NCBI GenBank assembly: GCA_963813485.1
Contig: CAWEZE010000023.1
Span: 52,690 to 116,689, forward strand
Length of the DNA: 64,000 nt
Direction: 5' to 3'
Origin: an uncultured bacterium
Lineage (GTDB): Bacteria > Actinomycetota > Acidimicrobiia > Acidimicrobiales > VFJN01
Shown: positions 45,593 through 54,329 of the stretch, in pieces
How the letters are laid out: the number at the start of each line of letters is the position of its first letter
How positions within the stretch are numbered: position 1 is the first letter of the stretch
Notes under the pieces: model-generated
The model's database searches: none
What the model saw: the letters and a program-made list of their open reading frames with translations, nothing else
What the model was told of the DNA's origin: nothing
Translations under genes and position numbers: made by a program

Positions 45593-46831
45593 TCAGGAGT
45601 CTTCGACCGGCACGGCGAAGCGGTCCATGTAGTCGGCAAGGTCGGTCCGCAGCGTTGCGACGTCGAAGCCCCAGTCCTCGGCCGTGTAGTGGTGCGTGCC
45701 GAGCTGGCCGCGGGGTTTGGCCGCTACGTAGCGGGTGATGGCGTCGCGATGCTCGTCGGTCAGCACGCGCCCGATCGCGTCGTACGCGCCTGCGATCGCG
45801 GCGACAGGGTCGTCCATCAGATCGGCGAACCGGACGTCGCCGTAGGTGCCGGGCAATGACCCGTCGCCGCGTCGGCGGGCGATGCTGTTGAGGGCGTCAC
45901 CGAAAAGGGCGCCGATCAGCGCCGAGAGGACATCGAGGTCGACGCAGTCGGTGCGCAGCCACCGGACCATGGCCGCGGTGCTCGCAGTGGACGGCATGGT
46001 GCGCGCCGGGTCGCGGTGCGTCAGCACGATGCAGGCGTCGGGATACGCAGCGAGAAGATCGTCGAGTATGAACACGTATCCCGGCGTCTTGAGCAGCCAC
46101 CGCTGTGCTGGTCGCCCGTGCTGCACGGTCTGGAGCAGCGCACGGTGGAACGCCAGGTCGGCGGTGACATCGGGCTGCCAGTCGCCCTGGTCCGTCAGCA
46201 CCATCGACCAGTGGCTGCCGGCGAACGACGGCGCGCAGATGGTGATGCACTCCACCGGCAGGTCCGACCGCAACTCGTGCATGGCGGCGAACTCCGGCTG
46301 AACGTCGGCCCAGAGCTCCTGCTCCGCCTCGGTCATCGCCCGCCGCTCGTCGTCCCCGGTGCCGTCGGGCAGCACGGGGTGGATGACGTCCGTAGCCGTG
46401 GGCGTGCGCAGACCGGGATCGAGTCCCAGCAACTCGAAGAGGATCGTGGTCCCCGAACGCGCCGGCCCGGTGACGATCACCGGCGCCTCGATCACCTCGC
46501 CCGCGATCGACGGCTCATGGCGCCGGCGCTCGCCGACGAGGAACCGGGTACGCAGGCAACGCAGCAGCTCCTCCCGGGTCATGAGTCGGCCGACCACGTG
46601 CAGGTCACTGCGGTTGACGGCATCGACCAGGGCACGCAGGCGCGCCTCCCAGTCGCCGTCGCCCAGGTCACCCGGATCGGCAGTCCCGGTCGACGCCAGC
46701 GCCTGCTCGATCAGCTCGCCGGCCTCGATGGGCACCAGACGGCGGGAGCCGCCCGAGGCGGACCCCATCGCGTTCACCCGCCTCACCCAGTCCGGCCGTC
46801 GATACCTGGCCCCCATCGGTGTCAAGCCCAT
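45593..46831 (-). CDS. sulfotransferase family protein
   Basis: It has the PAPS-binding P-loop-like segment VTGPARSGTTILFELL and LLKTPGYVF. The start is uncertain (ATG 46831, 46816 or 46954). Confidence 0.7.
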   Translation of the reverse strand: MGLTPMGARYRRPDWVRRVNAMGSASGGSRRLVPIEAGELIEQALASTGTADPGDLGDGDWEARLRALVDAVNRSDLHVVGRLMTREELLRCLRTRFLVGERRRHEPSIAGEVIEAPVIVTGPARSGTTILFELLGLDPGLRTPTATDVIHPVLPDGTGDDERRAMTEAEQELWADVQPEFAAMHELRSDLPVECITICAPSFAGSHWSMVLTDQGDWQPDVTADLAFHRALLQTVQHGRPAQRWLLKTPGYVFILDDLLAAYPDACIVLTHRDPARTMPSTASTAAMVRWLRTDCVDLDVLSALIGALFGDALNSIARRRGDGSLPGTYGDVRFADLMDDPVAAIAGAYDAIGRVLTDEHRDAITRYVAAKPRGQLGTHHYTAEDWGFDVATLRTDLADYMDRFAVPVEDS

Positions 46832-47054
46832 CTGCCACCGAGTCAACCACAGGCAGTCGTACGCGACGCCCCAGCCCCGATCGGGCTGCGTCGCCGGGTC
46901 GTGGAAGCTCCGGGGGCCGGCAATCGCCCGTGTTGCGGCCCCCGGTGCCTCCACTGGGGATAGACACGGTGGCCGAGGCGAATTAGCGAGCGCGAAGCGA
47001 GCCGAGCTGCGATCGCGAGCCGGACGGGCGCCATCGCCTTAGGGTGCGGGACGC

Positions 47055-50000
47055 ATGCCCCGCTCGTTCCGGTTCGAGCCACCAGAGCCACGTCCCGGTT
47101 CGCTCACGCGACCGCGGCTGCTCGGCACCCTTCTCGGCCGCTGGGAGCACCGGGTGACCTCCGTGGTGGGCGGACCGGGCATGGGCAAGACGACAATCCT
47201 GGCCCAGGCAGTCGCCGAGAACCGGCTGGCGCCGCGCGGCGAGGACGTCTGGATCGGCCTCGAGCCGGGCGACGCCGATGGCGTGCTCCTGGCCCGTGAC
47301 GTTCTGGCCGCGGTCAGCCGCGAGGGCGGTGACCGTGCCGCGGGCGTGATCGCCGCCGCGGCTGACGAGGTGCCAGGCCCGGCCACGGTGGCCGACGCCG
47401 TGTGGCGGCGGGCCCCCACGCCGGTCTGCCTGGTGGTCGACGACGTTCAGTGGCTCACGCCGGGCTCATCGGGTGCGACCTGGCTGATCGCCCTGGTCGA
47501 CGCCCTGCCCGCCAACGGTCACGTCCTGCTGGCCAGCCGTCGGTCACCGGCGGTGCCCCTTGCCCGCCTTGCCACCCAGGGTGCGGTGCTGGGCCTGACC
47601 GAGGACGACCTGCGCTTCACGGACGACGAGCTGGCCGAGTTCGCGGCCGGCCGGAGCGTTGCCATCGACCGGCTCGACGACGCGGGCGGATGGCCGGCGA
47701 TGGCCGAGCTGGCGGCCAGCGTCGGGGATGACATGGCCGGCGAGTACCTGTGGGAAGACGTCCTCGACCCGCTCGGACGCGAGCGGCGCCGCGTGCTGGC
47801 GGTGCTGACGGATCTCGGCGGCGCCGACGACGGCCTGGCGGCCGCTGCGCTGGGAGCGCCGGTGGACCTGGCCGGCGCCCTCGACGGCGTGCCGCTCGTC
47901 GCCCGAGGTGCCGATGGATGGCGGGTGCCGCACGCGCTCTGGCACGGCGTGCCGGCGCTGACCATGGCCAACGACGAGCGGGTGTCCATGCGTCGCCGCG
48001 CGGTCGACCATCTGGTCGCCAGGCACCGCTACGACGCGGCTTTGTCCCTGGCCCGCGAGGCCGGCCTGGTCGATGTCGTGCCGCGGATCCTGCGGGCGGC
48101 GTGCATCGGCGCCCATCGTCCCCCGGGCCGCCAGCTCGAACGCTGGCTCGCCGACCTACCCGAGGACGTGCGGGACAGCCCGGGCGCCGCCCTCGCCGCC
48201 GCGGTCCAGGCTGCCGTGCTCGCGCCGGCCGAGGCGACCGAACCACTGCGGACGGCCATCCGGCGGTGCCGTGACGCGGGAGACCCCGACGGTGAGGTGA
48301 GCGCTCTGGCGTTGCTCGGCGAGGTGGCCTGGTGGCGTGGCGACGGCGGGCTGTTGGCCGAGGTGCTGCCCCGATTGGCGGCGCTCGGCGCCGAAGGTCA
48401 TCCCCTCGCCCGGGCCGTGACCGGTCTCGGCGAGGCAGTGGTCGCCGACATCGTGGGCGGCGACGACGATGTGCTCGCGAAGCTCGATGCCATCGAGCAG
48501 GGCGTGTTCGACGACGCCTGGGAGGCGATGGCCGGCTGGCTGCGGGCCACCGCACTGGCCGGCGGTGGCCGGGCGGAGGAGGCGGTCGCCGTGATCGACG
48601 GCATGCCCCCAAGCCCGGACCCCGCGCTCCAGCTCGCGGTCGAGGGCGCCCACCTCCAGGCCCGCTGGGCACTGGGCCATATCGACGAGGTGGTCGCGGC
48701 CGTGCCACCGATCATCGACCGTTTCGAGGCCGCAGGCGTCCTCCAGTTCGAACTCGTGAGCGCGGCGGAGTCCGCTTTCGTGGTCGCCTGGGTCGGCGAC
48801 GTCGAGAGGGCCCGGGACCTCGTGGCGCGGGTCCGGCGGAAGGAGGGAGACACCGACTTCGGCCAGGCCGCACGTCTCGCGCTGGCGGAAGCGGCCATGC
48901 TCGTGACCACGGGCGACGAACCCGCAGCCGCGAGCTTGCTCGAGCAGGCGATCGCGATCCATGGCCTCGACAGCGGCATCAACCGGCGCTCGTGGCGGCG
49001 CGGCTTGGCCCTGACCTACGTGCTCGTTCCGTCGGCTCGCGACCGCTGGGATGCGGCCGAACTGCGTGGTCACGTCGCCGAAGCGCGCACACTCGCACGT
49101 GCGGTGGTCGCGTTGCGGGAAGGCTCGGGCTGCACCGGTGCCGGAGCTCGGGACGCCGCCAGGCTGCGCCCGATTCTGCGCGACCTCGACCTGAGCGACC
49201 CGGCGCGCGTCCGTGCGGGGCTGCACCACCGGTTCGCCTTCGAGTTGGCGCTCGGCCTCGAGGCCGCGGGCCGGCCCGAGGGCGCGACGCTGCTCGAGGC
49301 CCTCGGGCCGCGGGGGCGCGAGGCGATGCGCGTCGAGGCCGCGACGCGCACGGACCGAGCCAAGCACGCCAAGTCGCTGCTGGCCGCGGTACCGGCGCCG
49401 CCCGCCGACCGCACCGAGATCGCCGTGCTCGGTCACCTGGCGGTGGCGCGGAATGGTGAGCCCGTCACCGATGGCGACCTGAGACGTGAACGGGTGCGCG
49501 CGTTGCTCGCGTTCCTCGTGGGGCACCGCACGACCAGCCGAGCGACGATCATGGCCGCGCTCTGGCCCGACCTGGGCGAGCGAGCCGCCGCCAACAACCT
49601 TCGGGTCACCATGACGTACCTGCTCCGGGTGCTCGAGCCCTGGCGCTCGGCGCGCGAGCCCGCGTACCACATCCGCGTCGACGGCCAGGCAGTCACGCTC
49701 GTCACCAGCGACTGGCTAGGCATCGACGTCGACCGTTTCGACGACCACGTCGACGCTGCGGGGAAAGCCGAGGCCGACGGCACACCATCATTGGCGCTCG
49801 AACACAACCTTGCCGCCGTCGCGCTGTACCGCGGCAAGGCGTACGAAGGCGTCGCCGATGCCGACTGGATCGCGTTCGAGCGAGAGCGTTTCCGGGGCCG
49901 CTTCGTGGCCGCGGCGGCCCGGGCGGGCGAGCTGCTAGTGGCTCGTGGCGACGTGAACGGCGCGGATCGCGTAGCCCGGCGGGCGATCGAGGTCGACCCC

Positions 50001-50180
50001 TGGGCGGAGGACGCCTACGCCGTGCTGGTCTCGGTGGCACTCGCCCGCGGCGACCGCCCGGCTGCGCGCCGCACCCTGGAGCGCGCGCTGGCCGCCCTGG
50101 CCGAGCTCGACGTCGAGCCGTCCGAGGAGACGCACCGCCTCCGCCGCCGCATCGAGGGCGAGGCCGGGGAGACGGGTTGA
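47055..50180 (+). CDS. large regulator: N-terminal P-loop NTPase, helical-repeat middle, C-terminal SARP module (OmpR-type wHTH + BTAD)
   Basis: 1041 aa. Walker A is GGPGMGKTT and Walker B is CLVVDDVQW. The C-terminus reads IAVLGHLAVARNGEPV...RALLAFLVGHRTTSRATIMAALWPD...LRVTMTYLLRVLEP...DVDRFDD...ALYRGKAYEG...ERERFRGRF. Confidence 0.85.
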   Translation: MPRSFRFEPPEPRPGSLTRPRLLGTLLGRWEHRVTSVVGGPGMGKTTILAQAVAENRLAPRGEDVWIGLEPGDADGVLLARDVLAAVSREGGDRAAGVIAAAADEVPGPATVADAVWRRAPTPVCLVVDDVQWLTPGSSGATWLIALVDALPANGHVLLASRRSPAVPLARLATQGAVLGLTEDDLRFTDDELAEFAAGRSVAIDRLDDAGGWPAMAELAASVGDDMAGEYLWEDVLDPLGRERRRVLAVLTDLGGADDGLAAAALGAPVDLAGALDGVPLVARGADGWRVPHALWHGVPALTMANDERVSMRRRAVDHLVARHRYDAALSLAREAGLVDVVPRILRAACIGAHRPPGRQLERWLADLPEDVRDSPGAALAAAVQAAVLAPAEATEPLRTAIRRCRDAGDPDGEVSALALLGEVAWWRGDGGLLAEVLPRLAALGAEGHPLARAVTGLGEAVVADIVGGDDDVLAKLDAIEQGVFDDAWEAMAGWLRATALAGGGRAEEAVAVIDGMPPSPDPALQLAVEGAHLQARWALGHIDEVVAAVPPIIDRFEAAGVLQFELVSAAESAFVVAWVGDVERARDLVARVRRKEGDTDFGQAARLALAEAAMLVTTGDEPAAASLLEQAIAIHGLDSGINRRSWRRGLALTYVLVPSARDRWDAAELRGHVAEARTLARAVVALREGSGCTGAGARDAARLRPILRDLDLSDPARVRAGLHHRFAFELALGLEAAGRPEGATLLEALGPRGREAMRVEAATRTDRAKHAKSLLAAVPAPPADRTEIAVLGHLAVARNGEPVTDGDLRRERVRALLAFLVGHRTTSRATIMAALWPDLGERAAANNLRVTMTYLLRVLEPWRSAREPAYHIRVDGQAVTLVTSDWLGIDVDRFDDHVDAAGKAEADGTPSLALEHNLAAVALYRGKAYEGVADADWIAFERERFRGRFVAAAARAGELLVARGDVNGADRVARRAIEVDPWAEDAYAVLVSVALARGDRPAARRTLERALAALAELDVEPSEETHRLRRRIEGEAGETG

Positions 50181-50315
50181 CGAGCTGTGACGCCGGGCCG
50201 CCGATCGCACGTGGGGCCATGGTTCCGGGCTATCGGGCGGCCACCGAGGGTTGGAGTGAGTCCACGCGGGTACGAATGCCAGAGCTCCGTAGCCGTGCCG
50301 GGGAGGCGAACGACG

Positions 50316-50552
50316 ATGGTGGATACCGAGAGATACGCAACCAGCTTTGCGATGCTTGACAGAGACGGCGACGGCCGCGTGTCGGCGGCGGAGTTCAAGG
50401 AGCTCATGGGCACCCTGGGCGTCAACTTCACTGACGAAACTGCGGCGAAGGCCATCGAGATGATGGACGCGGATGGCGACGGGCTCGTGACCCTCGAGGA
50501 ACTGGCCACCTACATGAGCTCACCGGCGGCCCCGCCGCCACAGGAGTCATAG
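50316..50552 (+). CDS. EF-hand calcium-binding protein (two EF hands)
   Basis: ATG 50316 (SD GGGGAGG) lies inside track ORF 50187..50552. It has two canonical loops, DRDGDGRVSAAEF and DADGDGLVTLEEL. Confidence 0.8.
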   Translation: MVDTERYATSFAMLDRDGDGRVSAAEFKELMGTLGVNFTDETAAKAIEMMDADGDGLVTLEELATYMSSPAAPPPQES

Positions 50553-50620
50553 GTCGCAGTTCAGGTCTGCTGTACAGAGTGCCCCGGCTGGCACCGGTGT
50601 GCGGCATCGGCGCTGGATGG

Positions 50621-51493
50621 CTATGGGTCGGCGGCGGCGAGGTCGGCTGCCCACACGTGATAGCCGTCCGCTGGGTCGCCGACCCTATGGGTGGCGTACC
50701 ACAGCCGCAGGCGGCCATCGTTCAGGTGGATCGCGCTCGGGCTCCGCAGCAGGCCGGAACCATCACCGACATCCCCAGGAGCGAGAGTCGTGCCTCGCCG
50801 ATCCCAGGTCACACCGTCGTCGGAGGTGGCCACGTCGATCACGGTGCGGGCGGCGACGTCGCTGACATAGAACATGATGAATTGCCGGTTGCGCACCAGG
50901 ACCCAGGGCTCGGAGACCGCCACCTCGTCGCGAGCGGGGTCGACGACCGGTCCGACGCGGTCCCATGCCGCACCATTCGGTGACACTGCTGCCATGATCG
51001 TCGCCCGCCGGCCGTTGTCCGCGCCGTCGTAGCCAGAGTAGAAGAGCCACCAGCCCTCGCCGGTTACAACGAGGCAGGGATGGGTGGCGCCGATGGCGTC
51101 GGGCTCGCCTCGCTGGATGAAGGTGCCTTGTGCCTGCCAGCAGTGACCGTCGACCGAGGAGGCCATGTGAAGACGGGTGTCGGCCCCGTCGGAGCCGGCG
51201 TAGGCCATCAGGAAGCCGACGGGTGTGCGCACGACCGACGGTGCTTCGACGCCGAACGCGTCACTATCCCCGGAGGAACCGGGGTCGATGCTGATCCCCC
51301 GACGCCGCCAGGGCTGCCCGGGTTCCTGCACCGCCTCGAGAATCCGCCCGGTGAAGCCGTCGTGGCCCGAGTACCACATCCGTAGCGTTCCGTCATCGGC
51401 TTCGAGCACCGAGGGCCGGAACGAGCGAAGGCGGTCGAAGTCGGCCCATGGGCCCGAGCCGGTGAGGACCGGGCGGTGGCGAGCCCAGGACAT
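50621..51493 (-). CDS. predicted beta-propeller protein (glycosyl-hydrolase-like fold, tentative)
   Basis: ATG 51493 lies inside track ORF 50621..51577. It has repeated W.YSG.DG / W.LFYSGYDG / LRLWYA blade-like motifs. Confidence 0.5.
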   Translation of the reverse strand: MSWARHRPVLTGSGPWADFDRLRSFRPSVLEADDGTLRMWYSGHDGFTGRILEAVQEPGQPWRRRGISIDPGSSGDSDAFGVEAPSVVRTPVGFLMAYAGSDGADTRLHMASSVDGHCWQAQGTFIQRGEPDAIGATHPCLVVTGEGWWLFYSGYDGADNGRRATIMAAVSPNGAAWDRVGPVVDPARDEVAVSEPWVLVRNRQFIMFYVSDVAARTVIDVATSDDGVTWDRRGTTLAPGDVGDGSGLLRSPSAIHLNDGRLRLWYATHRVGDPADGYHVWAADLAAADP

Positions 51494-51705
51494 GGCGACG
51501 CTCACGCTACCCAGCGCACGGGTCTGTGATCGCCTGGCCACGCCACGCCCAAGGAGTCCCGACATCGCCAGCAGCAACGGCGGTGAGCGCTACGTCGGGC
51601 CTACACATCGGCTCGATGCGGTGAACCCAGGAACATCCGTCATCAGCCTTGTCATGAGCAGCGTTGTCGGTCACGACAGGCGGGTTGCCCCGACGGCAGG
51701 GCCGC

Positions 51706-51966
51706 TCACGGGGGCGGTCGCCGGCGCTGCAGGTAATCGACGACTGTCTTGATCGTCGTCGATGTGTGGCCTCGTGCCACGAGGTAGCTGGGCACGTCGA
51801 GCGCGGCGTGGCCCTCGTCGCTGGCAGCGAGGATGTCAGCGACGACGTCCGCCACCGTGAGGCCAGGGAAGTCGGGGACCTCTCCGTCGAGCAGTCGCGC
51901 TTCCCGCTTGCGCCGCTGCCGGGACAGATCATCGTCATCCAGCCAAGGCTCGATTGAACTCGGCAT
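51706..51966 (-). CDS. small hypothetical protein
   Basis: 86 aa from ATG 51966. GLTVADVVADILAASDEGHAALDVPSYLVARGHTSTTIKTVVDYLQRR looks protein-like. I recognise no family. Confidence 0.35.
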   Translation of the reverse strand: MPSSIEPWLDDDDLSRQRRKREARLLDGEVPDFPGLTVADVVADILAASDEGHAALDVPSYLVARGHTSTTIKTVVDYLQRRRPPP

Positions 51967-52188
51967 GGTCGCCCTCTCATGTCGGCTCAGAAGACGGCGA
52001 CGTAGGACTCGAGCCACGGCCGAGCGACGAAGCGGGCTTCCAAGGGCTGGGCCTACCGTATCGAGGTGCTGCCCGGATGCTGTCGCTTGACGATCCGATC
52101 AGCCGACCCCCCTCCGCGGGCGCCTCAGTGACCGCGCAGGCGCCGGGCGACACCGGCGTCCCGCCTGGTCGAAGGACGTGTGGACGCA

Positions 52189-52254
52189 TGGGTTCGGGCG
52201 GCGGGACCGGCTCGGGCGGCGGGACCGGCTCGGGCGGCGGGACCGGCTCGGGCG
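52189..52254. repeat. 18-bp tandem repeat cgggaccggctcgggcgg x3 plus a partial unit
   Basis: It reads (GSGGGT)n on the plus strand or (PEPVPP)n on the minus strand. Both frames have high GC3. Confidence 0.85.
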
Positions 52255-52737
52255 GCCACGATCCGGTCAGGAGCGACGACTGTCGTTCGTCCGGCGTGGG
52301 CTGCGTTCGTCGGTCGTTGTCGGTCGTGTGGTCCGGGGCCTCGCGAACGATCGAGAGCGCAACCCGGGCCCCTCGGGTCGCGGCACGGCGAGGCCCCGTT
52401 CTGGCGATCTCGCCCAGCACCGCTCTGACCCCCAGGTAGGCGATGGCTCGCTCCAGGAGCCGCACGCTGCGGCGGGTCGTCTCGTCGTTGGACGGATGGC
52501 GCGCTTGGGAGCGTCCGAGACGCAGGGCGTGGGTCATGGTGTCGGGGTCGTGACCCGCGGTACGCGCGAGCGCCAGCGCCTGATCGGGCAGGTGCAGGTG
52601 GCGGCCGGTGCGAGCCAGCTCGAGGCTGCGCTGCCACACGCGCTGCGCGACTTCCAACCCCCCGCGGCGGGAATGCGTCGATCTCGGAGCGGAACCGGCG
52701 CGGGAACCGCCGGGGACCGGCGTCGATCCGTCGGTCG

Positions 52738-53097
52738 TCACGACACGTCGCCGGTCCGGCGGCGGGGGGGTACCTCGTTCGGGTCTGGAACCCGACCGAA
52801 CAGCGCGGCTCGACAAGGCGGGCATACCCACCAGTCCGGCTTGGCAGGCGCGTAGAGGGTGGGATCACCCTCGAAGATCAAGCGGCACCGCCCGCACTGT
52901 CGAGGCGTTGGTTCAGCGTCGCCGGGTGCCTGCTGCGGATCGTTCTCGATCTGGGCCGCTCCTTCAGGGTCACCCGGCGAGTGAAGCAGCGGGGTTCGAT
53001 TCACGACGTCTCCTCTGGGTGTCTGGTTGATCTCGGCGGAGACGTCGGGTTGTGCGGGTGACGCTAGGCCATCCACGCAAACGGGGCGACCCTCCAA
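52738..53097 (-). CDS. hypothetical protein with a CxxC...CxxC zinc-ribbon-like motif
   Basis: 119 aa: QCGRCRLIFEGDPTLYAPAKPDWWVCPPCRAALFG. It is divergent from the HTH gene across an AT-rich gap. Confidence 0.4.
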   Translation of the reverse strand: MEGRPVCVDGLASPAQPDVSAEINQTPRGDVVNRTPLLHSPGDPEGAAQIENDPQQAPGDAEPTPRQCGRCRLIFEGDPTLYAPAKPDWWVCPPCRAALFGRVPDPNEVPPRRRTGDVS

Positions 53098-53176
53098 GGC
53101 CGGCCTACCGAAAAGGCTACACGCCTTGACGGCCAGACATGTAATCTGTTTCTGGAATAAATGTTATGCTGTGTTG

Positions 53177-53935
53177 ATGAGAAGTTGGAGCTTTCTCACG
53201 AACCACGCCAGGGTCCTTCTGTGCATCGCTGCCGACCCCGGAGCGCGCCTCCGCGACATCGCTGCAACCGTGGGGGTCACCGAACGCAGGGCCCACTCCA
53301 TCGTCACCGACCTGGTCGACGCCGGCTACGTAGTCAAAGACCGCAACGGTCGTCGCAATCAGTACCGGATTCAAGCCGACTTGCCACTCCGAGACCCGAT
53401 CAACCGCCAACGCACCATCGGCGAGCTGCTCGACCTGCTCGTCGGCACCGACGAACACGGCGAAGGGACCAGCCGCGGAGGACCGACAACCGCTGGACAA
53501 CGCCGTCACGCGGCGCTGATCAACCGCTGCAGGCGCGACCACTGTGCAGCCGGTCGATCCAATCGCATCCACTCAACCGGTCTGGCTGTAGGACTCGAAG
53601 GTGTCCGGATCCGGTCGGAGGAGCGTTCGGTCGCCCTTGCCGCCAACGGCGAGTCCGATCACCTCGTTGCTGCCATCGTCGTTCTCTACGAGAGCCCAGG
53701 CGACGACCGGGAAGGTGCCCCGCGAGGTCTGCATCTTGGCGCCGTGCAGCGCAGCTGTGATCTGCAAGATCTTCATGCACGTCACGGTAGACGTGGCCGC
53801 CGTCGTCGCACGCTGAATCCCACGGCACCCCAGAACACCGACCGTGCGGCGCTCGTGCTACCGCTCGCCGGACGCGAAGGAGCCGCCGGGTGGTCCGGCG
53901 GCTCCAGGGTGGTGCGGATCGAGCGCGTCAGATGA
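53177..53935 (+). CDS. winged-helix (MarR/ArsR-like) DNA-binding protein, 3' end doubtful
   Basis: [65 protein letters not shown] covers about 100 aa. The frame then stays open to 53935, antisense to two other genes. An extended -10-like TGTTATGCT lies just upstream. Confidence 0.65.
   Translation: MRSWSFLTNHARVLLCIAADPGARLRDIAATVGVTERRAHSIVTDLVDAGYVVKDRNGRRNQYRIQADLPLRDPINRQRTIGELLDLLVGTDEHGEGTSRGGPTTAGQRRHAALINRCRRDHCAAGRSNRIHSTGLAVGLEGVRIRSEERSVALAANGESDHLVAAIVVLYESPGDDREGAPRGLHLGAVQRSCDLQDLHARHGRRGRRRRTLNPTAPQNTDRAALVLPLAGREGAAGWSGGSRVVRIERVR
53573..53785 (-). CDS. small hypothetical protein
   Basis: 70 aa: [63 protein letters not shown]. Composition is non-biased. Confidence 0.4.
   Translation of the reverse strand: MTCMKILQITAALHGAKMQTSRGTFPVVAWALVENDDGSNEVIGLAVGGKGDRTLLRPDPDTFESYSQTG
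53879..53905 (-). terminator. stem-loop terminator candidate downstream of cspA
   Basis: Perfect 11-bp stem GGAGCCGCCGG-gtggt-CCGGCGGCTCC, about 23 nt after the csp stop. There is no clear U tract. Confidence 0.55.
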
Positions 53936-54128
53936 CGCGGACGTTCTGCGCTTCCTCACCCTTCCGACCGGGGGCGACGTCGAACTCGACGCGTTGCCCC
54001 TCGTCGAGGGACCGGTAGCCGTTCCCCTGGATGTTCGAGTAGTGCACGAAGACGTCTTCGCCGCCTTCGCGTGAAATGAAGCCGAAGCCCTTCTCAGAGT
54101 TGAAGAACTTCACAGTTCCAGTTGTCAC
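53928..54128 (-). CDS. cspA: cold-shock protein (CspA family)
   Basis: 66 aa: [33 protein letters not shown], with the RNP1 and RNP2 motifs. Confidence 0.95.
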   Translation of the reverse strand: MTTGTVKFFNSEKGFGFISREGGEDVFVHYSNIQGNGYRSLDEGQRVEFDVAPGRKGEEAQNVRVI

Positions 54129-54329
54129 AGATTGCTCTTCTCAGTTTGCCCGGCCGCCCTTGTGACGACCGCAACCCGCAACGCTACCCGCTTCAGCAGA
54201 GAGTTCGACGCGGCGCTGAGCGAGTCGATCGCTGGCAACCTCCCCGGATTCTCCTCAATCCCTCCAAGCTTGCGCGTAGTGGTCGGTCGACGATCAGGGC
54301 ATCGATCCTCGTCCTCCGGGAGTGATGCC

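Noticed and set aside
51977-52831. 284-aa minus-strand ORF and overlapping 161-aa plus-strand ORF (51954..52439), considered as genes.
   Set aside because: I recognise no family on either strand, and I cannot decide which strand is coding. Only the tandem repeat is reported.
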